The notes beneath the pieces were generated by a model. The model made no database searches. It was not told the origin of the DNA and saw only the letters and a program-made list of their open reading frames with translations. DNA of 54,274 bases from an uncultured Halobacteriales archaeon (GTDB lineage: Archaea; Halobacteriota; Halobacteria; Halobacteriales; Haloarculaceae): positions 1 to 54,274 of the forward strand of contig CAZUVE010000001.1 in NCBI GenBank assembly GCA_964623735.1, written 5' to 3'. Below are positions 45,669 to 54,274 of this stretch, piece after piece. Each line of letters starts with the position of its first letter. Positions within the stretch are counted from its first letter, which is position 1. A program made the translations under genes and the position numbers.

Positions 45669-46739
45669 TCAGTTCTTGAGCCGCGGGTCCAGCGCGTCCC
45701 GGAGGCCGTCGCCGAAGAGGTTGAACCCCACGACGGTGAGCAGTATGGCCAGTCCGGGCCAGACGCTGAACCAGACGTTCTGGATCATGTAGTCGCGCGA
45801 GACCGAGAGCATCCGTCCCCAGGAGGGCGTGGGCGGGTTGACGCCGAAGCCCAGAAAGGAGAGGCCAGCGACCGTGAGGATCGCCGTGCCCACGCGCAGC
45901 GTCCCCTGGACGAGCACGGGCGTGAAGCTGTTGGGGATAACGTGGCGCCGGAGAATCGCGGGCGTGGAGACGCCGGCCGCGCGTGCGGCCTCGACGTAGA
46001 CCTCCTCGCGGACGCTGAACACCCGCGAGCGGATCAGCCGGGCGAACTCCGGGACGTAGACGACGCCGACGACGAGCATGATGATCGTCAGGTTCTCGCG
46101 GGCGCCCAGGACCGCCACCAGCGACAGCACCAGCACGAGGAACGGGATCGAGTACAGCGTCTCCACGAACCGCATCAACACGTCGTCGACGCGGCCCCCG
46201 TAGTAGCCCGCGACGGCGCCGACGGCCGTCCCGCCCAGCAGACCGACGACCGCGGCGACGAACCCGACCTGGATGGCGACCCGCGACCCGTAGATCAGCC
46301 GCAGGAGGATGTCCCGCCCCCGGTGGTCGGTCCCCAGCGGGTGGGCGAGAGTGCCCTCCCCGAACTGGTTCTCGAGGCCGACCGGCGGCAGGAGCCGGGG
46401 TGTGTTCGCCGGCTCGGCGACCGGGCTCGTCCAGACGGCCTTCGCCAGCGCGTACTGTTCGACGCCGAGGCCCGCGAAGAACCCGAACCGGGCGAGGTAG
46501 TCGAAGAGGACGGCGTCGATCCAGGCGACCGCGGCGACCGCGGTGACGACACCCACGACGACCAGCCCGGCGGCGGCGGTCGGGTCCCGGCGGATCTGTG
46601 CCAGCGTGTACCGCCAGCCGTACCGCGCCTCGACGTCCTCCTGCCGGTCCCAGCTACCGGTTCCGTCGCGGTCCGGGGCGAACACGTCTCCCGTTCCGGC
46701 GTCAGCGTCGGTGTCGCCGGTGTGACCCGCCACAATCAC
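45669..46739 (-). CDS. peptide ABC transporter permease (DppC/OppC type)
   Basis: The permease EAA-loop region is present. The GTG start overlaps the upstream stop (GTGTGA). The 947-aa ORF-track form is a read-through artefact. Confidence 0.85.
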   Translation of the reverse strand: MIVAGHTGDTDADAGTGDVFAPDRDGTGSWDRQEDVEARYGWRYTLAQIRRDPTAAAGLVVVGVVTAVAAVAWIDAVLFDYLARFGFFAGLGVEQYALAKAVWTSPVAEPANTPRLLPPVGLENQFGEGTLAHPLGTDHRGRDILLRLIYGSRVAIQVGFVAAVVGLLGGTAVGAVAGYYGGRVDDVLMRFVETLYSIPFLVLVLSLVAVLGARENLTIIMLVVGVVYVPEFARLIRSRVFSVREEVYVEAARAAGVSTPAILRRHVIPNSFTPVLVQGTLRVGTAILTVAGLSFLGFGVNPPTPSWGRMLSVSRDYMIQNVWFSVWPGLAILLTVVGFNLFGDGLRDALDPRLKN

Positions 46740-47737
46740 ACCTCCCTGGCCCCGTAGGACACCCGCGGGTCCACGTACGCGTACGTGATGTCGGTCAGGA
46801 TCACGCCCACGACGAAAAACAGGCTGAAGACCAGCGTCGTTCCCATGATGAGCGGGTAATCGAGGTTGTAGATGGCCGTCAGAATGAGCGTTCCCATCCC
46901 GTTGATGGAGAAGACGGCCTCGATGAGGATGGCGCCGCCGATGGCCGACGCGATCTGGAGGCCGACGACGGTGATGACCGGTAGCTGGGCGTTCCGGAAA
47001 GCGTGTTTCCGGAGGATGGTGCGCTCTCTCACCCCGTAGGCGCGCGCGAGCGTCACGTAGTCCTGTGAGAGGACGTCGAGCATCTCCGAGCGCTCGATGC
47101 GCGTGATGGCGGCCATCTGGAGGGTCCCGAGCGCGACGACCGGGAGGACGAGGTGTGAGAGCGCCGTCCCGAGGACGTCGACGCGGGTCGAGGCGCCCGC
47201 GACACTCGCCGGGTCGGCCCACGGGAGCACGAGGTCGGTCGAGGGGAACCACCCGAGTTCGAACACGAAAAGCAGGATGAGCACGAGCCCGATCCAGAAG
47301 GAGGGGGTGCTGACGCCGACCAGCGAGACGACGCGGGCGGCGTGGTCGGCGGGTTCGTTGCGCCGCTTGGCCGAGAGTACACCCAGCGGAACCGCCACCA
47401 CGACGGCAAAGAGGTAACTCGAGAGCATGAGGAGCATCGTCTTGGGGAACCGCTCGGCAATCTTGGTCCTGACGGGCGTCTCGAAGTAGAGACTCCGGCC
47501 CAGGTCGCCCCGGACGACGTCGGCGAGGTAGGTGACGTAGCGTCTCCACAGCGGCTGGTCGAGGCCGTACTTGGCGCGGATGCTCTCGACCTGTGCCTGG
47601 CTGGGCGAGGGGCCGAGCATGGTCTGGACCGGGTCGCCGGGGATGGCGTTCGCGAGCAGGAACGTGACCGTGACGACCCCGAACAGTACCGGGACGGCCT
47701 GGACCAACCGCCAGACCGCATACCGCGCGACTCCCAT
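46736..47737 (-). CDS. peptide ABC transporter permease (DppB/OppB type)
   Basis: MGVARYAVWRLVQAVPVLFGVVTVTFLL N-terminus is typical of the family. 333 aa. Confidence 0.9.
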   Translation of the reverse strand: MGVARYAVWRLVQAVPVLFGVVTVTFLLANAIPGDPVQTMLGPSPSQAQVESIRAKYGLDQPLWRRYVTYLADVVRGDLGRSLYFETPVRTKIAERFPKTMLLMLSSYLFAVVVAVPLGVLSAKRRNEPADHAARVVSLVGVSTPSFWIGLVLILLFVFELGWFPSTDLVLPWADPASVAGASTRVDVLGTALSHLVLPVVALGTLQMAAITRIERSEMLDVLSQDYVTLARAYGVRERTILRKHAFRNAQLPVITVVGLQIASAIGGAILIEAVFSINGMGTLILTAIYNLDYPLIMGTTLVFSLFFVVGVILTDITYAYVDPRVSYGAREV

Positions 47738-47748
47738 GGCCGGGGACG

Positions 47749-49386
47749 CTACTCCACCGAGACGCTGCTTCCCTCGGCGACCAGCCGGAACTGGGCGGTC
47801 GGGTGAGCCGCGAAATCACGGACGCGGTCCCGTACGCCGAAGCTGTTCCTGAGGTTGTACGAAGGGATGTGGACCCGCTGTTCGAGGATGGTGGTGATGG
47901 CGTCGACGTACCGCGAGCGTCGCTCCTCGCGGTCGGTCGCCAGCCGGGCCTGCGTGATGTCCCTGTCCACCTGGTCGTTCCGGTAGAACGTCCCGTTCGT
48001 GACCCCCTCCTGCTCCTGGGCGAACAGGAAGTACATGAACGTGTCCGGGTCGGGCGATCCGGCCCACCCCAGCGTGTACATGTTGTAGTCGTCGGCGCTA
48101 CCGGTGTTGTACTGTTCGAGAAACTGGGACCAGTCGAGGCGTGTGACGTTCGCGCTGTAGCCGGCGGCCTCGATGCCGTTTCCGACGGAGACGCCGATGT
48201 TCTCGCGCTTGTTGTCCGGTGGGACGATGATCTCGGCCGTCCAGTCGTCCGGGACCGCCTCGGCGTCGTCGAGCAGCGACTTCGCCCTGTCGACGTCCCT
48301 CTCGCGTGGGATGTCGGCCCACTCCTCGACCGGGAAGTCCCACTGTTCGGAGAGGACGCTCGGGACCGGCGCGTACTGGCGGACACCGGTGGGTTCGACG
48401 AACTGTTCGACGGCGTCGTCCATCGAGAACGCGTAGTCGACGGCCTCGCGGACCTGCGGATCGGCCGTCGCCCCCTCGTTGCAGTTGAACGCGAGGTAGA
48501 AGTAGCCGACACCCTCGACGGCCTCGACGCTCGCGTTCGACATGTTCTCGATGGTCTGCCAGGACTGGGGCGGGATGCCCTTCACGACGTCGTTCTCGCC
48601 GGTCTCGAGCGTGGTGATGCGGGTCGTCCCCTCCTCGACCGGGGTGAACTCGACGGTCGAGAGGTCCGGCACCGGTTCCCCCCAGTAGTCGTCCCACCGG
48701 GAGAGTTCGACGAACTCGCCCTCGTTCCAGTCCCCGAAGGTGAACGGTCCCGATCCGACGGGAGCCTCCTTGTTGAACGCGTCCTTGTCCGCCTCGCGGA
48801 CCGACTCGGGGACGACGCTGCGCGAGAGGTACCACTTGAACGCGCCGAACTCGAACCTGAGGTCGTACTGGACGGCCGTCTCGTCGACCGGTTCGACCGT
48901 CTCGATCATGTTGACCTCGCCCGCGTTCTCGGTCTCTTCCTCCAGGGGGGCGGTGTACGAGTAGGCGACGTCCGAGGCGGTCACGGGGTCGCCGTTCTGG
49001 AAGGTCGCGTCGCCGTTCAGCGGGACGATCCACCGCTGGCCACCCCGCTCGATTTCGGGCTGGCCGCTGGCCAGTTCCGGCACCAGTTCGAGGTCCTGGC
49101 TGAACTGGTAGGGTGCCTCGAAGATCTGGTCGGCCACCTCCGCCGACGGGACGTCGTTCAGGACCACCGGGTCGAACTCGATCGGCGATTTCGCCTGTGC
49201 CAGCTGCAGGCGGCCGCCGCTCCCGTCGCCGTCGCCGCTGTTGTCGCCGTCGCTGCCACCGTCGCCGTCACCGTCGCTGCCCCCGCCGACGCAGCCGGCT
49301 AGCGCGAGAGTCGTCGCGCCACCCACCCCGCGGAGGAGGACCCGTCGCGGAACTCTACGGTCGTTGCTGGGACCTGTCCCTGTCAT
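47749..49386 (-). CDS. ABC transporter substrate-binding protein, family 5, Tat/lipobox signal
   Basis: RRVLLRGVGGATTLALAGC twin-arginine plus lipobox, a G/D/S linker, then an SBP_bac_5-like body. Confidence 0.9.
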   Translation of the reverse strand: MTGTGPSNDRRVPRRVLLRGVGGATTLALAGCVGGGSDGDGDGGSDGDNSGDGDGSGGRLQLAQAKSPIEFDPVVLNDVPSAEVADQIFEAPYQFSQDLELVPELASGQPEIERGGQRWIVPLNGDATFQNGDPVTASDVAYSYTAPLEEETENAGEVNMIETVEPVDETAVQYDLRFEFGAFKWYLSRSVVPESVREADKDAFNKEAPVGSGPFTFGDWNEGEFVELSRWDDYWGEPVPDLSTVEFTPVEEGTTRITTLETGENDVVKGIPPQSWQTIENMSNASVEAVEGVGYFYLAFNCNEGATADPQVREAVDYAFSMDDAVEQFVEPTGVRQYAPVPSVLSEQWDFPVEEWADIPRERDVDRAKSLLDDAEAVPDDWTAEIIVPPDNKRENIGVSVGNGIEAAGYSANVTRLDWSQFLEQYNTGSADDYNMYTLGWAGSPDPDTFMYFLFAQEQEGVTNGTFYRNDQVDRDITQARLATDREERRSRYVDAITTILEQRVHIPSYNLRNSFGVRDRVRDFAAHPTAQFRLVAEGSSVSVE

Positions 49387-49638
49387 GGATGCTCACTCGC
49401 CGCGCACGGTTCGCACTACCTGCCGGCCAACAAAAATATTTGCAAACGTGTCATACGGACACAGTCCCCTGGCCCGGGTAGTGGTCGTTTCTGGGCAATA
49501 GTGGTCAGGTCTGTACACGTCTCCGCGGCCGGAACCCGGGCTCTCCGCTGGTCAGTCCGGGGATGTCGACGGAGGCTCCGTCGCGCGCGCAACAGGGAAC
49601 CGAAAGCGACATTCGACAGTGGAGCCCACTCACAGGTG

Positions 49639-49723
49639 TGCGAGGGTGGCTGAGCCAGGCCAAAGGCGGCGGGCTTAAGACCCGCTCCCGTAGGGGTTCC
49701 TGGGTTCGAATCCCAGCCCTCGC
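49639..49723 (+). tRNA. tRNA-Leu (anticodon UAA)
   Basis: Acceptor GCGAGGG/CCCTCGC, anticodon stem GCGGG/CCCGC with loop CUUAAGA, a long variable arm, T arm CTGGG-TTCGAAT-CCCAG and discriminator A. Confidence 0.9.
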
Positions 49724-49726
49724 AGT

Positions 49727-50227
49727 ATGACAGACGAGTTGCCAGCCGCAATCGACCGGGCGTTCGCGCGCCACGACGCGTTCGAGCGGGACGGCGACGG
49801 GTTCGTCGTCGGGACGACGGTCTTCGAGGGCCGGGTCACAGCCGTCGACGGGGGCGGGCGGGCCGTCTACACGGTCACCGTCCCTGTCCCCTCGATCAGG
49901 GCGACGACGGCCGACGAGGTGGGCCAGGCGGTCGCAGAGGGGTGGCTCGACACACTGCGGCGGCGCCTCGAGGAGGCGCCCAAGGCCACCCGCTCGGACG
50001 TCGACCTGGAGACGTTCGACGTCGAGCGCGACGGCGAGGACGTGTACGTCACCTACGGCTTCGAGTGGGACGACCCGGGTCGCGCGGCCGACATCGCCAA
50101 GACGTTGATCGAGTACGTCGAGGGGACCTACGTGGAGGGGGTCATCCCGGGCTACGAGTACGAGTCACCGGTGGCGGACCTCCTCGACCGCGCCAGCCAG
50201 GGGGAGGGCGGCGGGACGCCGCTGTAG
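49727..50227 (+). CDS. conserved haloarchaeal hypothetical protein (166 aa, acidic)
   Basis: Good codon bias. The ATG begins 4 nt after the tRNA 3' end. Confidence 0.65.
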   Translation: MTDELPAAIDRAFARHDAFERDGDGFVVGTTVFEGRVTAVDGGGRAVYTVTVPVPSIRATTADEVGQAVAEGWLDTLRRRLEEAPKATRSDVDLETFDVERDGEDVYVTYGFEWDDPGRAADIAKTLIEYVEGTYVEGVIPGYEYESPVADLLDRASQGEGGGTPL

Positions 50228-50294
50228 GCGAGGGTGGAATCGACTGCAGGACAATCGGACCGACCGGGAACGCGGTCGACAGGGAGGCGGGCCG

Positions 50295-50525
50295 CTACTC
50301 CATCGCGACGTAGGTCTGTGTAGTGTCGACGCCCTGGATGTTCTGGACGTGGGTGGCGGCGACGTCCTTCACGGCACCGGGGGAGTCGACGTCGACGACG
50401 GCGATGAGGTCGATGTCGCCGGCGACGATGTGGGCGCGCTCGACGCCGTCGACGGCCTCGATGTCGTCCCGGAGCCGGTCGGCGTCGCCGGTTCGGGCCT
50501 TGATTGTGACGTACGCGCGGACCAT
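50295..50525 (-). CDS. stand-alone Lrp/AsnC ligand-binding (RAM) domain protein
   Basis: 76 aa: MVRAYVTIKARTGDADRL...VERAHIVAGDIDLIAVVDV. It follows the trkA stop with no gap. Confidence 0.8.
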   Translation of the reverse strand: MVRAYVTIKARTGDADRLRDDIEAVDGVERAHIVAGDIDLIAVVDVDSPGAVKDVAATHVQNIQGVDTTQTYVAME

Positions 50526-51209
50526 TCAGTTCCCCCTCGCGGTCGCACGTTCGGTGTCGCCGACGACGACGCTCCGGACGGCGCCGAGCTTGTCGAAGGC
50601 AGCGAGGATGACGAGTTCGTCACCCTCCTCGAGCGTATCGTCGGGGTCGGGTACGCGCAGCGAGCCGTCGGCCTTGCCGAACGCGAGCAGCCGCGACTCG
50701 CCCGGAAGTTCGAGTTCGGCCAGCGTGTATCCGCGGACCGGCGAGGAGCGGGTGACGGTGAACTCGACGAGCTGGAGGTTCTGTGCGATGTCGGCGATGG
50801 CACGGATATTCCCGCCCAGCAGCGCGTTCTTGGCGACAATCGCGCCCAGACGCTCGGGATAGATGACCTCGTCGACCTCGTCTGCGTACTGCCGGTAGAT
50901 GTCCTCGCGGTAGTCCTCGTCGATGCGCATGACCGTCCGGCAACTGTACTGGTTGGCGATCATACACGACGCGAAGTTGTCGTTGAGGTCGCTCGTCAGC
51001 GCCCCGAGCGCGTCCGCGGCCTCGACGCCGGCCCGCTTCAGGGTCTCCTCGATGGAACCGTCGCCCTGGACGATATCGAACCCCTCCTTGCGGGCGCGGT
51101 CGACCGCCGACTCGCGGCTCTCGACGAGCACTACCTCGTGCCCGCTGTCCTCGAGGGCGCGCGCCGTCCGGAGCCCCACGCGCCCTGCACCGACGATAAC
51201 GAATCGCAT
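50526..51209 (-). CDS. trkA: TrkA-type K+ transport NAD-binding protein (TrkA-N + TrkA-C)
   Basis: MRFVIVGAGRVGLRTARAL Rossmann motif and a C-terminal RCK_C segment (GYTLAELELP). Confidence 0.9.
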   Translation of the reverse strand: MRFVIVGAGRVGLRTARALEDSGHEVVLVESRESAVDRARKEGFDIVQGDGSIEETLKRAGVEAADALGALTSDLNDNFASCMIANQYSCRTVMRIDEDYREDIYRQYADEVDEVIYPERLGAIVAKNALLGGNIRAIADIAQNLQLVEFTVTRSSPVRGYTLAELELPGESRLLAFGKADGSLRVPDPDDTLEEGDELVILAAFDKLGAVRSVVVGDTERATARGN

Positions 51210-51292
51210 ACTCGTCCGTACGGCGAGAGGCGTAAATAATCTTGTCACGGCCAGGGGAAGGCTTTTGCCATGCTACCCGGTACCACGAACTG

Positions 51293-51523
51293 ATGGTCCG
51301 TGCGTTCATCATGGCGAAGACGGCAGCGGGCAAATCCACTGTGCTCCTGGACCAGATCAGGGCAACCGAGGGTATCACCGAGGCACGCGTCGTCGCGGGA
51401 CAGTACGACATCATCGCCGAGGCGACCGGCGGGGAGGTGTACGACGTCATCCACAGCGTCGCTACGAGCGTACGCAACCTCGACGGCGTCGTCGACACGC
51501 GTACCTACATCTGCCTGGAGTGA
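51293..51523 (+). CDS. stand-alone Lrp/AsnC ligand-binding (RAM) domain protein
   Basis: MVRAFIMAKTAAGKS...EARVVAGQYDIIAEA. It is a paralog of 50295..50525 and divergent from trkA. Confidence 0.8.
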   Translation: MVRAFIMAKTAAGKSTVLLDQIRATEGITEARVVAGQYDIIAEATGGEVYDVIHSVATSVRNLDGVVDTRTYICLE

Positions 51524-51592
51524 GCTCCGCCCCGATGACCGCCCGCAGACGCCGTCCGACACCCCGAAGGTCGTCCGGTCCGTACAACAGGT

Positions 51593-51919
51593 ATGGTTGA
51601 CGCTGCCGACGCGCTCGGACTCGCCCTCCTGGTGTTGATAAACAGCGGGGCCGCCGCACTCCTGACGCGGTTCTTTCGCGTACGCCTCGAAACCCGCTGG
51701 GGGAGTCTCGCGTACACCGCCTTTGCCGTCCCCGTCGCACTGTTCGTCTCGACGCTCCTGCTGGGGACGGCGCTCGGCCCCGACCTCGGTAGCTCCGCGG
51801 CGGTCGTCGGCGTGACGATCCTGTTCCCCTTCTCGCTGGGCGTCTCCTTCGACTACTTCTGGATGCCCGCCCCCGAGGAAGTCGACCTGCCCGAGCGCCG
51901 GAACGCCCGGCGCAACTAG
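51593..51919 (+). CDS. small membrane protein (3 helices)
   Basis: 108 aa with hydrophobic segments and good codon bias. Confidence 0.55.
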   Translation: MVDAADALGLALLVLINSGAAALLTRFFRVRLETRWGSLAYTAFAVPVALFVSTLLLGTALGPDLGSSAAVVGVTILFPFSLGVSFDYFWMPAPEEVDLPERRNARRN

Positions 51920-52500
51920 AGCAACGCCGCGAGGCGCTCCCGTACCTCCGTGCGGACAGCCTCCCTGGACTGTGTGGCGTCGATCCGCACGAACCGGTCG
52001 GGCTCGGCCGCGACGAGGCGTTCGTAGTTCTCGCGAACGTGCGCGAGGTAGTCGACCGTCTCGAACTTGTCGGACGCGCCGCTCCGTTCGGCGGCGGTTT
52101 CGGGGTCGACGTCCAGGTAGAGGGTCGCGTCCGGGGGGCGCGTCCAGGGCCGGTGAATCCCGCGGACGAACCCCACGGGGTCCTCGAACCGCCCGGCCAG
52201 GGAGGCGCCCTGGTAGGCGTACCGGGAGTCGGAGTACCGGTCTGAGACGACGACCCGGCCGCGCTCCAGGGCCGGCCGGATCGTGTCCGCGAGGTGTGCG
52301 GCGTGGTCGGCCGTGTAGAGGAACAGTTCCGCGAGGGGATCGGCCCCGTGATCTGCGACCGAGCGGCCGACGGCCTCCCCGTACCAGGTGTCGGTGGGCT
52401 CGCGCGTGAAGATTGCGTCACCGAGCACGTCGGCCTCCGCGAGCGCGTCCACGCACGTCGTCTTCCCGGCCCCGTCGAGTCCCTCCAGCGTCACGAGCAT
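51916..52500 (-). CDS. tmk: dTMP (thymidylate) kinase
   Basis: [16 protein letters not shown]-loop, DRY motif (SDRYSDS), and a lid region. An alternative start is at 52524. Confidence 0.9.
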   Translation of the reverse strand: MLVTLEGLDGAGKTTCVDALAEADVLGDAIFTREPTDTWYGEAVGRSVADHGADPLAELFLYTADHAAHLADTIRPALERGRVVVSDRYSDSRYAYQGASLAGRFEDPVGFVRGIHRPWTRPPDATLYLDVDPETAAERSGASDKFETVDYLAHVRENYERLVAAEPDRFVRIDATQSREAVRTEVRERLAALL

Positions 52501-52638
52501 ACCCCTCCTCGGCGCGGAGGCCACCTAAACCCACCCCTGCCGCTGCCCGCAGTCACGCCCCCGGATCGACGCGATCCGGGCGAGTATAACTGGCTAATAG
52601 TAGTAACTTATATTTCCGGGGACGTGCGACCATCGGGT

Positions 52639-53304
52639 ATGCGTTTCACGGAGGAACTCGAGCCGGTTGCGGAGCCGATCTGGGAGGCGATCCTCGAACA
52701 TCCGATGGTCACCCGGCTCGGCGAGGGGACCCTCGACGAGGCGCCGTTCAGCTACTGGGTCAGGCAGGACTACGTCTACCTGGTCGAGTACTCGCGGGTG
52801 TTCGCGCTCGGCGCGGCCAACGCACCCGACCTGGAGCGGATGGGGACGTTCGCGGAGTTGCTCGACGCGACAATCAACACCGAGATGGACCTCCACCGGG
52901 AGTACGCCGCGGAGTTCGGAATCGGCGAGGCGAAACTGGAGGCGACCGAGCCGTCGCCGACGACCCGGGCGTACACGGACTTCCTCGTACGGGTGGCCGC
53001 GACGGGGACGTTCGGCGACCTCGTGGCCGCACTCCTCCCCTGCATGTGGGGGTTCAACGAGACCGGCAAACGCCTCGACGCGCGGAGGCGGCCCGACCAC
53101 GAGCAGTACACAGCCTGGATCGAGATGTACTCGGGCGAGGAGTTCACCGAACTCGCGGAGTGGTGCAAGGGCCTGATGGACGAGGTCGCGGCCGACGCCT
53201 CGGAGACGGAGCGCGAGCGCTACACCGACCTGTTCCGGACGTCGGCCCGCTACGAGTACCGCTTCTGGGACGCCGCCTGGCGCCAGGAGGAGTGGTCGGT
53301 GTGA
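52639..53304 (+). CDS. tenA: TenA-family thiaminase II / aminopyrimidine aminohydrolase
   Basis: FSYWVRQDYVYL, LLPCMWGFNE and RYEYRFWDAAW are characteristic TenA blocks, including the catalytic Cys. Confidence 0.85.
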   Translation: MRFTEELEPVAEPIWEAILEHPMVTRLGEGTLDEAPFSYWVRQDYVYLVEYSRVFALGAANAPDLERMGTFAELLDATINTEMDLHREYAAEFGIGEAKLEATEPSPTTRAYTDFLVRVAATGTFGDLVAALLPCMWGFNETGKRLDARRRPDHEQYTAWIEMYSGEEFTELAEWCKGLMDEVAADASETERERYTDLFRTSARYEYRFWDAAWRQEEWSV

Positions 53305-54068
53305 GTGGCGCCGGCCCGGGGGTCCCCGGCGACTACGAGTCGTACGCCGAGGGGCGCACGGACCCGCGGTTCACCGACTGGCTCCGCGGGCGCGCCAGCC
53401 CGGACTGGACCGCGGCCACCGGACACAGGTTCACCCGCGAACTCGGCGCCGGGGACCTGGCGGACGCGGTCTTCCGGCGGTACCTCGTCCAGGACTACGC
53501 CTTCGTCGACGACCTCGTCGGCCTGTTCGGTCACGCCGTCGGCGAGGCGCCGACGATGGCGGCCAGGTCGCGGCTCGTGGACTTCCTCGGGACGCTGACC
53601 GCCGACGAGAACGACTACTTCGAGCGATCCTTCGACGCGCTCGGCGTCCCCGAGTCCGGGTACCGGGACCCGGAAACGACGGCGACGACGCGGGCCTTCC
53701 TGGACCTGCTCGGGCGCGCCGCCCGCGAGGGCGGGTACGCCGAGACGCTGGCAGTTTTGGTGCCTGCCGAGTGGCTCTACCTGGAGTGGGCAACCGCGGT
53801 CGAGGGCCGCCCCGACCGCTTCTATCTCGCGGAGTGGGTCGACCTCCACGCCAGCCCCGGCTTCGAGGACTTCGTGGGGTGGCTCCGGGGCGAACTCGAC
53901 CGGGAGGGGACGGCCGCGGCCCCGCGGCGCCAGCGCCGGCTTGCCTCCCTCTTCGGGCGCACGGTCGAACTCGAGGTCGCATTCTTCGAGGCCGCCTTCG
54001 ATCCCGAGGTCGGCGTCGCGAGAGCCACGGCGCCGGACCCGGCCGGCGGGAGCGACGGGGGTGGCTGA
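53301..54068 (+). CDS. TenA-like protein (second copy; active-site Cys position reads VPAEW)
   Basis: FRRYLVQDYAFV, LVPAEWLYLEW and LEVAFFEAAF. The GTG start overlaps the tenA stop (GTGA). Confidence 0.75.
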   Translation: MSGAGPGVPGDYESYAEGRTDPRFTDWLRGRASPDWTAATGHRFTRELGAGDLADAVFRRYLVQDYAFVDDLVGLFGHAVGEAPTMAARSRLVDFLGTLTADENDYFERSFDALGVPESGYRDPETTATTRAFLDLLGRAAREGGYAETLAVLVPAEWLYLEWATAVEGRPDRFYLAEWVDLHASPGFEDFVGWLRGELDREGTAAAPRRQRRLASLFGRTVELEVAFFEAAFDPEVGVARATAPDPAGGSDGGG

Positions 54069-54071
54069 CCC

Positions 54072-54274
54072 GTGGTGACCACGGCGACGGCCCTCGGGCT
54101 CACGGTGGCTGTGCTGGTCGCGTTCACCGGTCTCGGGATGTGGTACTCGCGGGGCCGGGTCGGGTCGGCAGAGGACCTCATCACGGCCCGCGACTCGGCC
54201 GGCCAGGGGCGGCTGACGGCGACGCTGGTCGCGTCGGTGATGGGCGTGTGGATCCTCCTCTCGGCGCCGGAGGC
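54072..54274 (+). CDS. 5' part of a sodium:solute symporter-like membrane protein (runs off window)
   Basis: (V)VTTATALGLTVAVLVAFTGLGMWYSRGR...DLITARDS...ATLVASVMGVWILLSAPE is a typical SSS N-terminus. Confidence 0.55.
   Translation, partial: MVTTATALGLTVAVLVAFTGLGMWYSRGRVGSAEDLITARDSAGQGRLTATLVASVMGVWILLSAPE

Noticed and set aside
45669-48512. 947-aa minus-strand ORF across the ABC permease and substrate-binding genes
   Set aside because: Only the 3' 356 codons (from GTG 46739) encode a DppC-type permease. The remainder is an out-of-frame read-through over dppB and the substrate-binding protein, with Arg/Pro/Ser-rich composition.

Overview
High-GC sequence with acidic predicted proteins and HTH_10/HalX/Bat-type regulators, so most likely a chromosomal segment from a haloarchaeon (class Halobacteria). 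Most of it is ordinary housekeeping and transport content. This includes a sensor kinase/Bat-like/HalX regulator cluster, an APC permease fused to Usp domains, an AI-2E transporter, nth, a carotenoid oxygenase, uvdE, atpD, aRF1, argS, taw1, a cyclophilin, a five-gene peptide ABC operon, tRNA-Leu(UAA), trkA flanked by RAM-domain genes, tmk and two tenA genes. Three things stand out.

1. **Integrated element in atpD.** A ~15.1-kb element (20142..35286) sits in the 3' end of atpD. It is bounded by a 15-bp direct repeat. It supplies a surrogate atpD C-terminus, while the native 3' end survives at the far junction. It carries decayed mobile-element genes: terminase, TraD/VirD4-like, MazF and integrase fragments.

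2. **Non-canonical Hsp70 module.** The intact cargo of that element is a compact gene set. It has two divergent lid-less Hsp70 paralogs, a polytopic membrane protein with a J-like domain whose HPD motif reads KPE, and two paralogous membrane-anchored HEAT-repeat proteins. It also has a soluble HEAT/ARM-like protein, a strongly acidic protein, and a three-module Cys-motif/coiled-coil protein. This is my best candidate for an undescribed system.

3. **Palindromic MITE-like repeats.** At least four families (here called A-D, about 30 copies) saturate the intergenic regions of the first 36 kb. Some are nested inside each other. Two A copies sit in-frame inside the three-module gene, and each introduces a single TGA.

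All functional calls rest on motif recognition by eye. No database search was possible.
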